A program made the translations under genes and the position numbers. DNA of 57,340 nt from Spirogloea muscicola (taxonomy: Eukaryota), in the NCBI GenBank assembly GCA_009602725.1, contig WELB01000022.1, positions 96,467 to 153,806 on the forward strand, given 5' to 3'. Each line of letters begins with the position of its first letter. Positions within the stretch are counted from its first letter, which is position 1. Of the stretch, positions 41,075-52,928 are shown one piece after another. The notes beneath the pieces were generated by a model. That model saw only the letters and a list, made by a program, of their open reading frames with translations. It had not been told where the DNA came from and made no database searches.

Positions 41075-42714
41075 GGCCAAAAAGAAAGAAGGCTCGCCCA
41101 TAGAGAAAGAGGGGCTGGCAAAGCCAGCCCAAAAAGAATGGACAATGTCCAAAGCCGAAGAATGAGATGCCGAGGAAGGACTCCTCTACGCTACCAATCA
41201 CGACAACATACTAGGGAAGCTCAGTACCCGCGAGTGAGCAACATCAGGTCCGAGTAGCTCAAGGCAGGGAAGGAGGCACTCCGCCGAGACCCGGAGGCAG
41301 CGGCCAGAGCGCGTCCTGCGCGGGTGTGGACAGCGTGGGCAAGGGATCGCTGGAACGATACCGCCAAGCGCATGCGAAAGACCTGGGCGAGCGACCCGGC
41401 GGCGTTGAAGCCGGGCAGCGCCCCGGGCGGACCCGACCGCCGATCAATAGCCTGACGAGCAAGCCGCTGGAGGAGATCCAGCCAGCGGCTGCCGAAGGCC
41501 CCGTGAAGATCGATCGCCAGGGCCGCGAACTCGTCACCGACCGGGTGATCGGCATATTTTCGCTCTTTTGCCCCCTACCGCGTGCCCTGCAAACGACGCC
41601 GACCTGTTGGAATTGTTGGAGTCGTAGCAGTCAGTTGTCACCACGTCTGCGATGACTCGGGAACCGCCGCCGGGCGGGATAGCGACCAGGTCGGCGCGTC
41701 GGGTGTGCGACTGGCCGTCCTCGCCCCGCAGGATGGGCATGACTGAGGAGCACTCCACCGCCACCTTGAAGCCCGCCTCCGCAAACACCCCCTGCATACC
41801 ATCGCGCAGGAGATCATGGGAAGCGGTCCGCTCGCCTCCGTGGGCGCAACGGAGCATGTGCGCGGCCAGCTCCGCAGGGTCGGCGTGCCGGGCGCCGCAC
41901 TCGCACTGTGTGATACCCACAAGGCAGGGAGGGAGGAGCCCCAAGAGCCGATGCACCGCCGTCCGGTAGACCGCGTCTGGCATGGTAAGTGCTGCATAGA
42001 GTGGGAGCGCTTGGAGCCACGCCGCCGCCCCAGGGGAGGAGGCGGAGAGAAGCCGAGCACGCCCGCGAACGTCAGACGGAGGGAGAAGCTCCACCGCCTG
42101 GTCAGAGGCCGCCTTCTCGACCAACGCCGTGAAGCGTGCCTGGGCACGCAGGTCTGGAGTTTGGGCGAGGTGCCGGAAAGGAACAGTCTGCTCGGACATG
42201 TTGGGGTGGACCTGCAGGAGCCTGTCGCGGGCAGTGCGGAGGGCGACTTGGAAGGGGAGTTGGCCTGTCTCCACATCGGCTGCCGCCCGCTCCAGGGCGC
42301 GTTGTCCGTGCACGAGGAACCTCTGACACATGGGGGCGGCCACCTGCGCCCAGCTTCCCAGGAAGGCCGCCTCACAGACGCGGGCAACTGAGCGGCATCC
42401 CAAGCCGCCACGACTGATCGGCAGGCTGGCCTGCAGCTGCGCAGCTTGGGTGGTGAGGAACGCCGGGTGCTGCACGAGGGAGGCTGCGGCCGCCAGTATG
42501 CCGGTGTCGAAGGCCTCATACGCTGCCGTCACCGCCGGTGAGGGAAGGACGGTGCGGGCCAGGTAGTGGGGCCGCTGCGCGATGCACCGGGTCAGCATGG
42601 CGGTTGCCAGCTGCATGTCGTTCAGCGTGTGCAGGCGGGCCGCCGGCCGGAGGTGGTCCTGCAGCCGCCCCTGCAGCTGCTCCGCCACGAAGGCAGGTGC
42701 GCCCAGGGGGACGC
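41075..42714 (-). mobile_element. 5'-truncated CRE-clade non-LTR retrotransposon: RT thumb, CCHC knuckle, RLE endonuclease, 3' UTR
   Basis: QASLPISRGGLG, SPGAAAWLQALP, CECG...HMLRC...HD, RRADLV...IADVV. Frameshift ~41570, then KYADHP..AIDLHGAFG..RLAVSFQR..SDLMLLTRGY* (stop 41221-41223). UTR with GGACATTGTCC and GGGCTGGC/GCCAGCCC hairpins. Confidence 0.9.
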
Positions 42715-43062
42715 CGCCACCCTTTCAGTTATGCGCACCGCGCGCCTTCTCGCTGGGCTTCACCGATCCGAGCTCCCTCAGCCGGGTTTCGGCCCGGTCG
42801 TGTTAGTGCCTGTCCGCACCACCCTCCGTCGAGCAGATTTCGTGTATTTTGAAAAAGCAAACGAAGGCCAAAATGGCCAAGTACAAAAGCAAGCACATCT
42901 AAGCACATCAAGCACATCCTCAAGGGTGTGTGGGGTCTGCCCCAGAAAGGCCCACCCCACAGGAGGTAAGACGACAAGCGTCTGCTGCCAAGCGGCTAGC
43001 GACAGAGCTTCTGCTGCCACAGATGCCCTCAAGGGCCCTGAAAAGAAAGTGTACTTCCATGG

Positions 43063-43505
43063 AGCTTACCCGAATGACGACCGTCAGCCTCGAGACTTAC
43101 GGTACTTGTGATGTTTCCAGTGCTCGCACCGGTATCGTCATTTCGCATTAAGCGAAATGGGTTTGCCCGGTGAGCCGCGGTGGGTCCCGCACGTGGGCCC
43201 AAGTGGCGTCTCGGTGGGTCCACACCACTGCCAAGCCTCCCGCCCTCAAGGCCGTGAGGGCCTGAGGACCAGGTGAGGGCGCACAGAGCACCACCTGGGC
43301 CGGTTTGTGGACCCACGTGCGGGACCCACCTCGGCTCCTCTGGCCCGCGTGTGGGCCCACCGAGATCCATGTGGGCCCACGTGCGGGACCCACCGAAGGC
43401 TCGCCTGGCAAGCCCAGGTCGCGCAGTGACGATAACGGGGCGAGTGCTGGCACGGCACACGTACCGTGCGTCTGAAGGCTGACGGCCTCATTCTTCGGGT
43501 GAGTT
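43063..43505. mobile_element. non-coding fold-back / MITE-like element with ~140-bp imperfect terminal inverted repeats and internal GGGTCCCGCACGTGGG repeats
   Basis: 43159-43200 pairs with 43373-43415; 43063-43146 pairs with 43420-43505. No TSD seen. Confidence 0.65.
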
Positions 43506-45232
43506 AGCGAGTGTCAGTCATCTAGGTCCTTGCACATATTCCAAGAGCTCCGACTCAAATGCTTCACTGTGTGATCTTTCATATGCTGTACCTTCTCTAA
43601 TCCATATGTGGTGACCAGCCCAACGTAACGAGCTCGTCTTCATTTGCAGGTGATCTTCACAGGTTGTTGATTGATCTTCACAGGTAGCACTGATACTGGA
43701 CGAGCTGTGATGCAAAGAGCCGCACGCAACATGAAGGTGGGTGATGGCAGGACATCACACGCTTGAGAGCCTGTTATTCGACCTGCTGCAAGCTGCAGAC
43801 AGCAGAGCCTTGGCACTAGTGCCACGTTGATTGACATTCACAACTGTTGGTCCAGAGACACGTTGAAATTTACACAGTGCCATCACGGCCAGCAGATTGG
43901 CAGTTGCAACATAGGTGGAGGTTGAGCTTCCCGCAATAACGACCATGATCAGTGGTATAGCGCTACAGATTGACAGCACCCATAACGTACTGGGTAATTT
44001 CATACCAGCCTATGGTAGGATGGACGCTTGACTTCGGACGACCTGACAGCCCACTTAAATCAGCGCCCAGCTCTCCCTGCGACATCGCATGCCGGGTTCT
44101 CGTTGCCACCATTTTGACGCGCTCATCACATGCACAAGTCAAAGAATGAGCTGATGCAGAACAATGTCATGGTGGTATTTGGCCTTCGATCACAACTCTC
44201 GCCGACTGCAAGACTACCAGCTCTAAAGGGTCGACGAAGGGTAGACGCATTTTCACAACGTACCGGTGCATACGAAGGGCCCTCATCTTGCTCTACGGAT
44301 ATGGTTAGGACAAGCAGACTGCACAGGACGGAAGATTGTGTCTGTCCCATCAGCAATTGTGGGGTGATTGGCGCGAGCTGCAGCGGAGCTCAGCAGACTC
44401 CCTTCCCTGTACCGGGAGGCGAGCACAATGCAGATGGTATTGGTCAAGGAAATGTATCAAGCTAAGGACTGCAGCTTGATGTCCGCTCACAATGAGCATT
44501 GGTATCAAGTCAATGGATGTTCTGCTTACTGTCCTCCAACAGCACTGATACAAGCAATAGCAAGTTATGGGGATGAGATACTTGCCGGCTTCGCATCTGA
44601 TTGCTGCTTGGTATGCAACGCCACTCCTTCTGGTTTGGATGCTGCAAATCGTAGTGACAGCTTTGCAACAACAGAATGTTCGCCACACTGGTACAAGCTC
44701 CGCATGACTGGTACAAGCTCCGCATGACAATTTAGCCTCACAAGCAGCTATTGATTGTTTTCCATGAAGCATGAGCATCATGAGTTGATTTTGCATGCCG
44801 AATATGCATGGAACGTGGTTCTTGGTACACACCATCATCTTTCATGGTTCTGCTGCTTCTAGTTGGTGTGACGGGTGGTGTAACAAGCATCCACGAAGTG
44901 TTTTGGAAATTGTTGCGGAAAGTACATAGAAAACCCGATAACAACTGCATGCCCTTGCATATGACCATATATGTCCAGCATATCTGTATGCACTCCTTGA
45001 GATGTATGTAACTTTTGTCAGATGTACTATGTTGGTTATACAGTGATCCTAGATCATACTGGAATGGAAGTGCTCACTAGATGTAGAATTCTAGTACGTA
45101 GTACATGGTCATGGCTTTTGGCACGACCACATACAGCTAGACCTCCTTCAGTGAAACAGATGTTGCAGTACATAGCACTGCTGACATTGTAGGTGAGCGT
45201 TGAGCTGTTGAGAGCTCAACGCAACCAACTAA

Positions 45233-47007
45233 TCAGTAATGGTAATAATCGTAAGGAGGCGGTGGGCCGAAGGATGGAGGTGGTGAGGCCTTGGGTGGTG
45301 GTGGCTGCGGAGGCGGTGGGGAAGCGGTGGGTGGAGGTGGCAACGGCGGCGGCGAGGCCTTGGGTGGTGGTGGCTGCGGAGGCGGTGGGGAAGCTGTGGG
45401 TGGAGGTGGCAACGGCGGCGGCGGCGTGGCCTTGTAGGGCGGGGGCGGCGAGGCCTTGGTGGGCGGCGGCGGCGAGGCCTTGCGGGGCGGCGGTGGCGAG
45501 GCCTTGCGAGGCGGTGGCGGTAATGGTGATGTGGATCATGATCATGATCATCCTCATCCTCGTCCTCATCATCATTGTCATCATCATCATCATCATGCCC
45601 GCCGTGCTTGGGTGAGGGGTTATCATAAGGAGGGCATTTGAGGGGAGGAGGGGCAGGCGAGGGGCGGGGAGATGGTGGAGGCGAGGGGCGAGGAGGTGGT
45701 GGAGGCGAGGGGCGAGGAGGTGGTGTAGGCGAGGGGCGAGGAGGTGGTGGAGGCGAGGGAGAAGGAGGTGAGGGTGAAGGAGGTGGCGGAGGCGAGGGTG
45801 AAGGAGGTGGCGGAGGCGATGGAGAAGGAGGCGGCGGAGGCGAGGGCGAAGGAGGCGGCGGAGGCGAGGGCGAAGGAGGCGGCGGAGGGGATGGAGAAGG
45901 TGGCGGCGGAGGCGATGGAGAAGGGGGCGGCGGAGGCGAAGGCGAAGGTGGCGTCGGAGGTGGGGTAGAAAGCGGCGGTGGAGGCGACGGAAATAGCGGC
46001 GGTGGCGCTTGGGGAGAAGGTGCTGGCGCAGAGGACGGCTCCAAGCAGAAGACTGGCAGACCAAAATATGACAAACATATTTCGGATCGTCGAATTGATA
46101 GGTACCTGTCACACCACCACGGCTGCTTGTCGCAGTCAGGACTGACACGCCAAGACCACAAGATGCTTGTAGCTTATGTGTAGCAGGTTGACGTGACCAG
46201 ACGAGACGCAAACAGTTGTGGCCTTACCATCATAGGGATTCACTACATGGAGCCCCGCATCGCCTCCACCACAGGGTCCAGGCTTATTGCAACTAGTGTC
46301 GTTAGAGGACACCAGCGTGATGATACATAAGAAGTCATCATTTTGATACATTTCACGAGTGGGGAGGTCGTCAAATACGAAAAATCCATTCGCGTTGGAA
46401 TATGTGATGAACACCTATGAACTCACCATTCACGGCCTGTCTTGTCAGGCTGGACAGCTGACAGCTCTAATTCTCTCTTTGCTGAGATATCCATGCTTTT
46501 AGATGTGGTTGCATGTGCTGCATGTCAGCTACGATGCAGCTGAGCATCTTCACCTTAGATTGATAGGTGGAAGAGGAGCAGTTAAGCAGCAGCTGGGCTC
46601 CTTGCACAGGTGTGTCGCCCCTAGGAACACATCCGTGACAGTGAATGTCACTGTGACATCTACTTGCCAAGCCTAACCTCACAAGCTGATCTGAAGATTC
46701 ACGTCAACGCCCCTGGCGTTAGGATGCCTGCACAGCATATGAGTGGCCAGCCCCGGCGCTTGTGCTTGTCCGGAGGGCAGTTAGCCTTCGTGCCATGCGA
46801 GTCTGAGGCAGAGGAACAAAGCTGTGACCCACAGGCAAGCAATGGTAATAACAAGTGACAATGCTAAGAGCAGTAGATGCTTATTGTGTAGCCATTCTGG
46901 TCATTGTCACAGAGGACAATGCCTATAGCCGGAAGCCCGGTGTAGGCCCGTGCCGTCACTGCCATGACAGCCTCAACCAGCAGGCATGCAGCCGACGCCC
47001 TCTCCAT
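45233..47007 (-). pseudogene. Pollen Ole e 1-like/extensin chimeric HRGP, copy 1, probably disrupted
   Basis: Leader + GIVLCDNDQNG / GDTPVQGAQLLLNC / FITYSNANGFFVF...CIITLVSSNDTSCN, then (SPSPPPPP)n. Relative to copy 2, the first donor GT is removed by a 5-nt deletion (~46886) and there is a frameshift after the His tract (~45520). Confidence 0.72.
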
Positions 47008-47859
47008 GGCGTTTTGCGGCCTGCGTTCGCAGGCAGCCCAGCAATGCAGGTGCCGAGCAGCGAGGCGGGGATCGAGGGGAGCTGGCGGGGAGAGCGTGGA
47101 GTGCGGGTGTGGCGGACTGGCGGCCTCTGTGGCCGCCAGCAACGCGGAGTGCCAAGCCGGTTATGGCGGTACTGGGAATCGCTTCTTGTTGCGCCTGTTA
47201 CACGGTACAGACCGTGTGCATTCTTTTGGGCTGGCCTCTCGCAGCCATTTGCCGTAAATTGGTAGACCTGTTTCTTGCTGCGCCTTCTCTCACCTTACCT
47301 TACCTTAGCCACCTCGACATAGGGCTTCGTTTCAAGTAGCCTTGATGTTCTGCACTAAGTTTTGCCCGAACAATGCATTGGCTTGTATTGGCCTACCATT
47401 TCATGCGCACCGCGCCCGCCTCCTCTCAGTAGGGGCGGCGGGGGGGTCGCAGCGTGGGTGGGCGGCGCCGTCGCGAGGCGCCGTCGCCGATTGGTGGGGG
47501 CGACGATCGCGATAGGCGGCCCCAAGCCAACTTGTGCTGATATGGTAGTGGCTCTCCCAAAAGGGGCGAAGGGCTGTAAAGAGCCAGCCCGAAAGGAACA
47601 GCTATTCCCACAGATTTTTCCGAGAAATGTGGACACGGCAAGTGTGTGGGCCCGGCCGGCATGATAGCCGCCCAGCGGGGCGGCACCGCCCCCAGCACCG
47701 ACGGGCACGCCCGCCCGCCCGTGGTGCGCATGGGCGCCGCCCGGCGCCGACCCGCCGGAGATGTCGGCTGCACGGTCCTGATCATCACAGCACAGCCGCC
47801 GCCCCCGCCCTGTACTGGAAAGTGTCTATCTTTCTTGGTAGCACCCAGCACGAGCAGAG

Positions 47860-48670
47860 AGTGTCATCCACCGGCCTGACGGGCTTCGCCCCTAGCACCT
47901 CAGCCCCTCGTGGTCAACAGCTTCGCTCTGCGTAGCCCCTCCCTTTGGATCACCGTGTGCACTAATAAAGCGACATTTAGCTCTCGAGGTCCAGCACGTA
48001 AGTGGTTATCTCGGCACTCCGTTGCTTTGGGCTGACGACGGATTCAGCCGATGATCCCAACGCCCCATTGGACAGGGTGGCTAGGGGGCCACTAGCCAGT
48101 GGCAGTCTTTTGGCGGCATAGTCCGTCTATGCGGACTATTTTCGTTGCGGATGTGGGCCTGCACTCGCGGAGGCCTTTCCTTGGGAAGGGCACAAGGGTG
48201 ACAGCTGTCAAGGTGCAGGTCCAGAGAAATAGTTAAGCCTGCTGCCGACCCGAGGCATCAGCTGGTGAGGGGAGAGAGGGGTGGCAGCAAGTACAATCAA
48301 TAGATCAAGCTCTTCGCAGGAGGCTGCAATGGACAGCCCAGGAAGGGTCATGGAGTGACTGGTGAGGGTGAGGTGAAGAGGGGCAACAAAATGGAAGCGT
48401 GAGGCGCAGCTGCTGGCCGCCAGCGTCTCGGCAAGAGCAGAGCTTCGCGGTGGAGGGCAAGGGGAACGCTAGCGGGTCAGAGCAGCCAAATGCTAGAGCA
48501 GGCGCATCTCGCAATGTGGGCCGCCTGTAGCTGTACAAAGCTGCTGAATAGCTGCTGGTCAGCACGTCGTAGGAGAAGCAGCAGCTCTTCCGTGATGTAG
48601 AGGTGGCTAACCGCCTCCCTACTACTGAATTGCCAGTTCCCGGTTCCCGCTTCCCAAGGAGGGGGTAGGG
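47860..48670 (+). mobile_element. possible LTR-retrotransposon 5' end (LTR/leader plus degenerate ORF); second copy from ~52395 in unit 2
   Basis: TGTCA start, AATAAA 47964-47969, loosely PBS-like TGGTTATC at 48003, dense stem-loops, then a frame broken by TAG codons. No second LTR and no recognisable gag motif. Confidence 0.3.
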
Positions 48671-48699
48671 TGAAGGGTTTGTGTAGGCTGAATGTGATA

Positions 48700-49096
48700 G
48701 GGGGAAGCCGAGCAGCTAACTGCAGAAGCTCTTCACAAGAGGGGCGATGGCTGTGAATGTGAATGGTGTACAATATGCAATGGAAGTTCTGCCGAAGGGG
48801 GCGTGGCGTGGCGTGGCGTGGGCTGCAAATAGCTAGCCCAGGATGACATTGACAAGGTCCAAAGTGGCCGGATGCCGCTGAACCACACTATCAGGCATGT
48901 GGCTGTTACGCATTAGTGCTCAATAACCCCAAGAAATTCAGACGTGGTTATGGCTGTGAAGTAACCTCATCGGAAAGGGGCGCGTGCTGTGAAAAGCCAG
49001 CCCGAAGAGAATGCACAAGGTCCGAAGTGGGCAAGAAGGGCTGTGAACTATAAGCTCATCTGTGGGGGGCGAGGGCTGAGGAAGGCCAGCCCAATG
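48700..49096 (-). mobile_element. CRE-like 3' UTR built of repeated hairpin modules (duplicated at ~54210-54579)
   Basis: About three GGGCTGGC..CAGC(C/A)C modules on the - strand, two preceded by GGACCTTG, as downstream of LLTRGY* at 18215-18450. Confidence 0.6.
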
Positions 49097-49405
49097 AACG
49101 ACTGCATGCCCTCGTACAGGAGCATATATGTCCAGCATATCTGTATGCATAAGTCTTGCAACTGCTTGAGATGTATGTAACTTATGTATAATATACCTTG
49201 TACATATAGTCTGTAATACTGAATCCTTCTGGCATGGAAGCGCTCACTAGATGTAAAGTATTCTAGTACATAGTACATAGTCATTGCTTTTGTCACGACC
49301 ACATACAGCTAGACTTCCTTCCAATGAAACAGATGTTGCAGAACATAGCACTGCTGACATTGTAGGTGAGCGTTGAGCTGTTGAGAGCTGGACGCAACCA
49401 ACTAA

Positions 49406-51160
49406 TCAGTAAATATAGTAAGGAGGCGGTGGGCCAAAGGATGGAGGTGGTGAGGCCTTGGTTGGTGGTGGCTGCGGAGGAGGTGGGGAAGCCGTGGGTG
49501 GAGGCGGCAACGGCGGTGGCGGCGTGGCCTTGTAGGGCGGGGGCGGCGAGCCCTTGGCGGGCGGCGGCGGCGAGGCCTTGCGAGGCGGTGGTGGTGGGCA
49601 ATGGTGATGTGGATCATGATCATCCTCATCCTCGTCCTCATTTTCATCGTCATCATCATCATCATCATGCCCGCCGTGCTTGGGTGGGGGGTAATCATAA
49701 GGAGGGCATTTCAGGGGAGGAGGCGGAGGCGAGGGGTGAGGAGGTGATGGAGGCGAGGGGCGAGGAGGTGGTGGAGGCGAGGGGCGAGGAGGTGGTGGAG
49801 GCGAGGGGTGAGGAGGTGGTGGAGGCGAGGGGTGAGGAGGTGGTGGAGGCGAGGGGTGAGGAGGTGGTGGAGGCGAGGGGGAAGGAGGCGGCGGAGGCGA
49901 CGGAGAAGGAGGCGGCGGAGGTGACGGAGAAGGTGGCGGCGGAGGTGACGGAGAAGGAGGCGGCGGACGTGACGGAGAAGGAGGCGGCGGAGGCGAGGGC
50001 GAAGGAGGCGGCGGAGGCGAGGGCGAAGGAGGCGGCGGAGGTGATGGAGAAGGTGGCGGCTGAGGCGATGGAGAAGGGGGCGGCGGAGGCGAAGGCGAAG
50101 GTGGCGGCGGAGGTGGGGAAGAAAGCGGCGGTGGAGGCGGCGGGGATAGCAGCAGTTGCGCTTGGGGAGAAGGTGCTGGCGCAAAGGACGGCTCCAAGCA
50201 GAAGACTGGCAGACCAATATAATGATCCTTATTGTCAAAATTGATAGCTACCTGTCACACCACCACGGCTGCTTGTCACAGTCAGGACTGACATGCCAAG
50301 ACCACAAGAAGCTTGTAGCTTTTGTGTAGCAAGTTGACCGACCTGACGACATGCAAGAAGTTGTGGCCTTATCATCATAGGGATTCACTACATGGAGCCC
50401 CGCATCGCCTCCACCACAGGGACCGGGTATATTGCAGCTAGTGTCGTTAGAGGTTACCAGCGTGACGGTGCATAAGAAGTCATCGTGTTGATACATTTCA
50501 CGAGTGGGGAGGTCGTCAAAGACGAAAAAGCCCTCCGAGTTGGAATATGTGATGAACACCTATGAAATCACCATTCACGGCCTGTCTCATCAGGCTGGAC
50601 AGCTGACAGCTCTAATTTTCTCTTTATTGAAAAATCCATGCTTCTAGATGTGGTTGCATGTGCTGCATGTCAGCTACGATGCAGCTGAGCATCTGCGCCT
50701 TGGATTGATAGTTGGGAGAGGAGCAGTCAAGCTGCAGCTGGGCTCCTTCCACAGGTGTGTCGCCCCTAGGATTACATCCGTGGCAGTAAATGTCATTGTG
50801 GCATCTATTAGCCAAGCCTAGTCTCACAAGCAGACCTGAAGATTCACGTCAACGCCCCTGGCGGAAGGATGCCTGCACGGTATATGAGTGGCCAGTCCCG
50901 GCGCTCGTGCTTGTCCGCAGGCCAGTCAGCCTCCATGCCAAGCGAGTCTGGGGCAGAGGAAAAGAGCTGTGACCCACAGGCAAGCAATGGTAATAACAAG
51001 TGACAAAGCTAAGAGCAGCAGAGGCTTACGGGTTTGTGTAACCATTCTGGTCATTGTCACAGAGGACAATGCCTACAGCAGGAACCTGATCGGCGGCCCG
51101 CATTGCCGTCACTGCCAGGACAGCCACAACCAGCAGGCATGCAGCAGCCGCCCTCGCCAT
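49406..51160 (-). CDS. Pollen Ole e 1-like/extensin chimeric hydroxyproline-rich glycoprotein, copy 2 (splicing uncertain, may also be disrupted)
   Basis: Signal peptide MARAAAACLLVVAVLAVTAMRA; GIVLCDNDQNG; GDTPVEGAQLQLDC; SNSEGFFVF..CTVTLVTSNDTSCNIP. Open 0.8 kb final exon of SP4-5 repeats with an acidic/His tract, ending PPPPYYIY*. Two putative donors are non-canonical here (GC near 50698, AT at 50372). Confidence 0.65.
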
Positions 51161-52039
51161 GGCGTTGGCCGGCCTGCGTTCGCAGGCAGCCCAGCAGTGC
51201 AGGTGCCGAGCAGCGAGGCGGGGAGGGGAGCTGGCGGGGAGCGCGTGGAGTGCGGGTGTGGCCGCTGTGGCCGCCAGCAACGGGGAGTGCCACCAAGCCG
51301 GGTATTTCGGTGCTGGGACTTGCTTGCTATTGCGCCTGCGACACGGTTCAGACCGTGTCCATTCCTTTGGGCTGGCCTCTCACAGCCATTGCCGTAAAAT
51401 GGCAGACCTGTTTCTTGTTGCGCCCACTCTTACCTTACCTCTCCTTACCAACGTTAGCATAGGGCTTCCTTTCATGTAGCCTTCATTTCCTGCACTAAGT
51501 TTTGCCTGAACAGTGCATTGGCTCGAATTGGCCGATCCAGGCGCCTTCTCTCAGTAGGGGAGGCGGCGCATCGCAGCGGCGTAGGGCGGTGGGCAGCGCC
51601 GTCGCGAGGCGCCGTCGCCGATTGGTGGGGCGACCCGATCGCGAGGATGCGGCCCCGAGCCAATCTGCGGCCGGTGTGAATGAAAGTGGCTCTCCCAAAG
51701 GGGGCTGGGGCGAGAGCGGGGGCGAGGGCAGAAAGCCAGCCCGAAAGGAAGAGCTTTTCCGAAGTACAATTTCTCCGAAAATGTCGGGTGTGGGCCCGGA
51801 CGGCATCATGATGGCCGCCCAGTCGGGCCGGCCGCCCCAGCACCCGGCGCCCGCCCGCCCATGGCGCGCGTGGGCGCCCGCCCACCGACGACGCACTGGA
51901 ATATTGGCTTGGGATATTGTCCATTCTTTTTGGGCTGGCTTTGCCAGCCACTCTTCTCTATGGGCGAGCACTTCTCAATACCGGCGGCAAGGTTCTGAAA
52001 TCATCACTGCCGCCGCCCACTACCGGGAGAGTATCTTTC

Positions 52040-52363
52040 CTTGCCCAGGCCGTCCAGACGCGCGCAGGCCGTGCTATGGCCGCCGCCTCTGGGTCTCGGC
52101 GGAGTGCCTCGTTTCCTGCAGCGAGCTACTCAGACCTGATGGTGGTCACTCGCGGGTACTGAGCTTCCCTCTGCATCGTCTAGTGTTTTGCAGTGTTTTG
52201 TAGTGTAGTCCTTTTTCGGCACTTCTTTCTTTGGCTTTGGACATTGTCCATTCTTTTTGGGCTGGCTTTGCCAGCCCTTCTTCTCTATGGGCGAGCTCTT
52301 TCTTCTTCTGACTGAGCCCCTCTTCTCTATGGGCGAGCAGTAACTTTCTCCTTCTTTCTTTCT
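52040..52363 (+). mobile_element. short 5'-truncated CRE-like insertion, absent from duplicate unit 1
   Basis: LAQAVQTRAGRAMAAASGSRRSASFPAASYSDLMVVTRGY* (stop 52160-52162) + UTR + (CTTT)n tail. Empty site TATCTTTCTTGGTAGC at ~47827-47842. Confidence 0.85.
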
Positions 52364-52928
52364 TGCTGGTAGCACCGTAGCACGAGCAGAGAGTGTCATC
52401 CACCGGCCTAATGGGCTTCGCCCATGTCACCTCAACCCCTCTTAGTCAACAACCTCGCTCTGTGTAGCCCCCCCCTTCTTTTGGACCAAGGTGTGAGATA
52501 GGAAACGTCATTCAGCTCTTGAGGTCCAGCACGTACTGCTTATTCCGGCACTCTGTTGATCTGGGCTGACCTTCAGCGCATTCAGCCGATGATGCCAACG
52601 CCCCACTGGACAGGGTGGCAAGAGGGCCACTTGCTAGTGGCAAGTCTGTTGGCCGCACTGTCCGGCGATGCCGGACTATTTTCGTTACGGCTGTGGGCCT
52701 GCCCTCGCGGAGGCCTTTCCTTGGGAAGGGCACGAGGGTGACAGCAGTCAAGGTGCAGGTCCCAGAGAAATAGTTGAGCCTGCTGCCGTCTCGAGGCATC
52801 AGCTGGTGAGGGGTGAGAGGGGTGGCAGCAGGTACAATCAAACAGATCAAGCTCTTCGCAGGAGGCTGCCATGGGCAGCCCAGGAAGGGTCAGGAAATGA
52901 TTGATTGGGGTGGAGTGGGGCAACAAAA

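Larger units (their letters stand above)
44940..49096. repeat. tandem segmental duplication, unit 1 (~4.2 kb)
   Basis: Collinear with 49097-54579. Starts AACAACTGCATGCCC and ends GAAGGCCAGCCCAATG immediately before the start of unit 2. Confidence 0.9.

Noticed and set aside
43520..44930. Short ORFs in unique sequence between the fold-back element and the duplication
   Set aside because: No recognisable motif or consistent splice model; not supportable without a search.
45193..46183. Alternative-frame ORFs rich in G/E, R/L/H or EEVVEARG repeats (also 49366-50244)
   Set aside because: Shadow frames of the Pro-rich extensin exon.
47872..47900. Possible hammerhead core CTGACGGGCTTCGCCC
   Set aside because: No GAAA after the stem, and the paralog at ~52407 reads CTAATG.
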